This document shows, in pieces, positions 49,721 to 49,736 of a stretch of DNA of 49,736 nucleotides (within the stretch, counting starts at the first letter, position 1; the number at the start of each line of letters is the position of its first letter). Below the pieces are notes generated by a model. It was not told where the DNA came from and did no database searches. It saw only the letters and a list, made by a program, of their open reading frames with translations. This stretch comes from a bacterium (GTDB lineage: Bacteria; Patescibacteriota; Minisyncoccia; Phycocordibacterales; GWA1-40-21). A program made the position numbers and the translations under genes. Location: positions 1-49,736 of the forward strand of contig JBAXQJ010000005.1 of the NCBI GenBank assembly GCA_037131755.1, written 5' to 3'.

Positions 49721-49736
49721 GGTTTGGGTTATTATA

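Noticed and set aside
1-49736. Alternative genetic code (UGA recoding, as in some candidate phyla).
   Set aside because: Long uninterrupted ORFs with recognisable protein families are obtained with the standard code. UGA is used as a functional stop, for example at the ATGA overlaps at 6056 and 6325 and at the stop at 17553-17555.

Overview
This is an AT-rich, gene-dense window. It covers a chromosomal replication-origin neighbourhood (jag-yidC-rnpA-rpmH on the minus strand, dnaA-dnaN-DUF721 on the plus strand) plus about 40 kb to its left. Gene content suggests a small-genome, Patescibacteria/CPR-like bacterium that uses the standard genetic code; that assignment is inference only.

Housekeeping genes recognised from the translations:
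- yraN, a SAM-dependent methyltransferase, cca, xth
- a Xer-type recombinase, rpsO, pnp, a DksA/TraR zinc finger
- comM, a LysM-M23 peptidase, pcrA/uvrD, rsmA, a class A PBP
- three minus-strand tRNAs: Pro-CGG, Gly-GCC and Arg-UCG

Most notable content:
1. An 11.6-kb plus-strand type IV secretion-like cluster (30248-41895). It has a TrbL/VirB6-like polytopic protein, a PrgI/VirB3-like protein, a VirB4-type ATPase preceded by a separate 212-aa ORF, and a TrbC/VirB2-like pilin. Six or seven partner ORFs are secreted or membrane-anchored and unassignable. No relaxase or coupling protein is present in the window.
2. Directly upstream lie two tandem paralogous surface proteins of about 900 aa. Each has a signal peptide, a peptidoglycan-binding domain, Ig-like segments and a LamG domain, and they share an identical 52-nt leader.
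3. Two dispersed structured repeat families. One has four copies; in three of them a conserved core is closed by a locus-specific outer stem. The other is a REP-like family with three copies.
4. An unassigned structured RNA candidate next to tRNA-Pro.
5. A strong promoter driving an ORF-less unit of about 300 nt, overlapped by GTCCTTTA repeats and a perfect DnaA box.
6. A second DnaA-box cluster about 44 kb from the dnaA-linked oriC.
7. Repeated (TGn)TATAAT boxes 6-9 nt upstream of start codons, suggesting leaderless mRNAs. This contrasts with a three-gene membrane cassette that carries three near-identical strong Shine-Dalgarno modules.
8. A small accessory island inserted between rpsO and pnp: an NYN protein, DinJ-YafQ, an RHH protein and a Cys-rich protein.

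All family assignments come from motif recognition by eye, and no searches were run.
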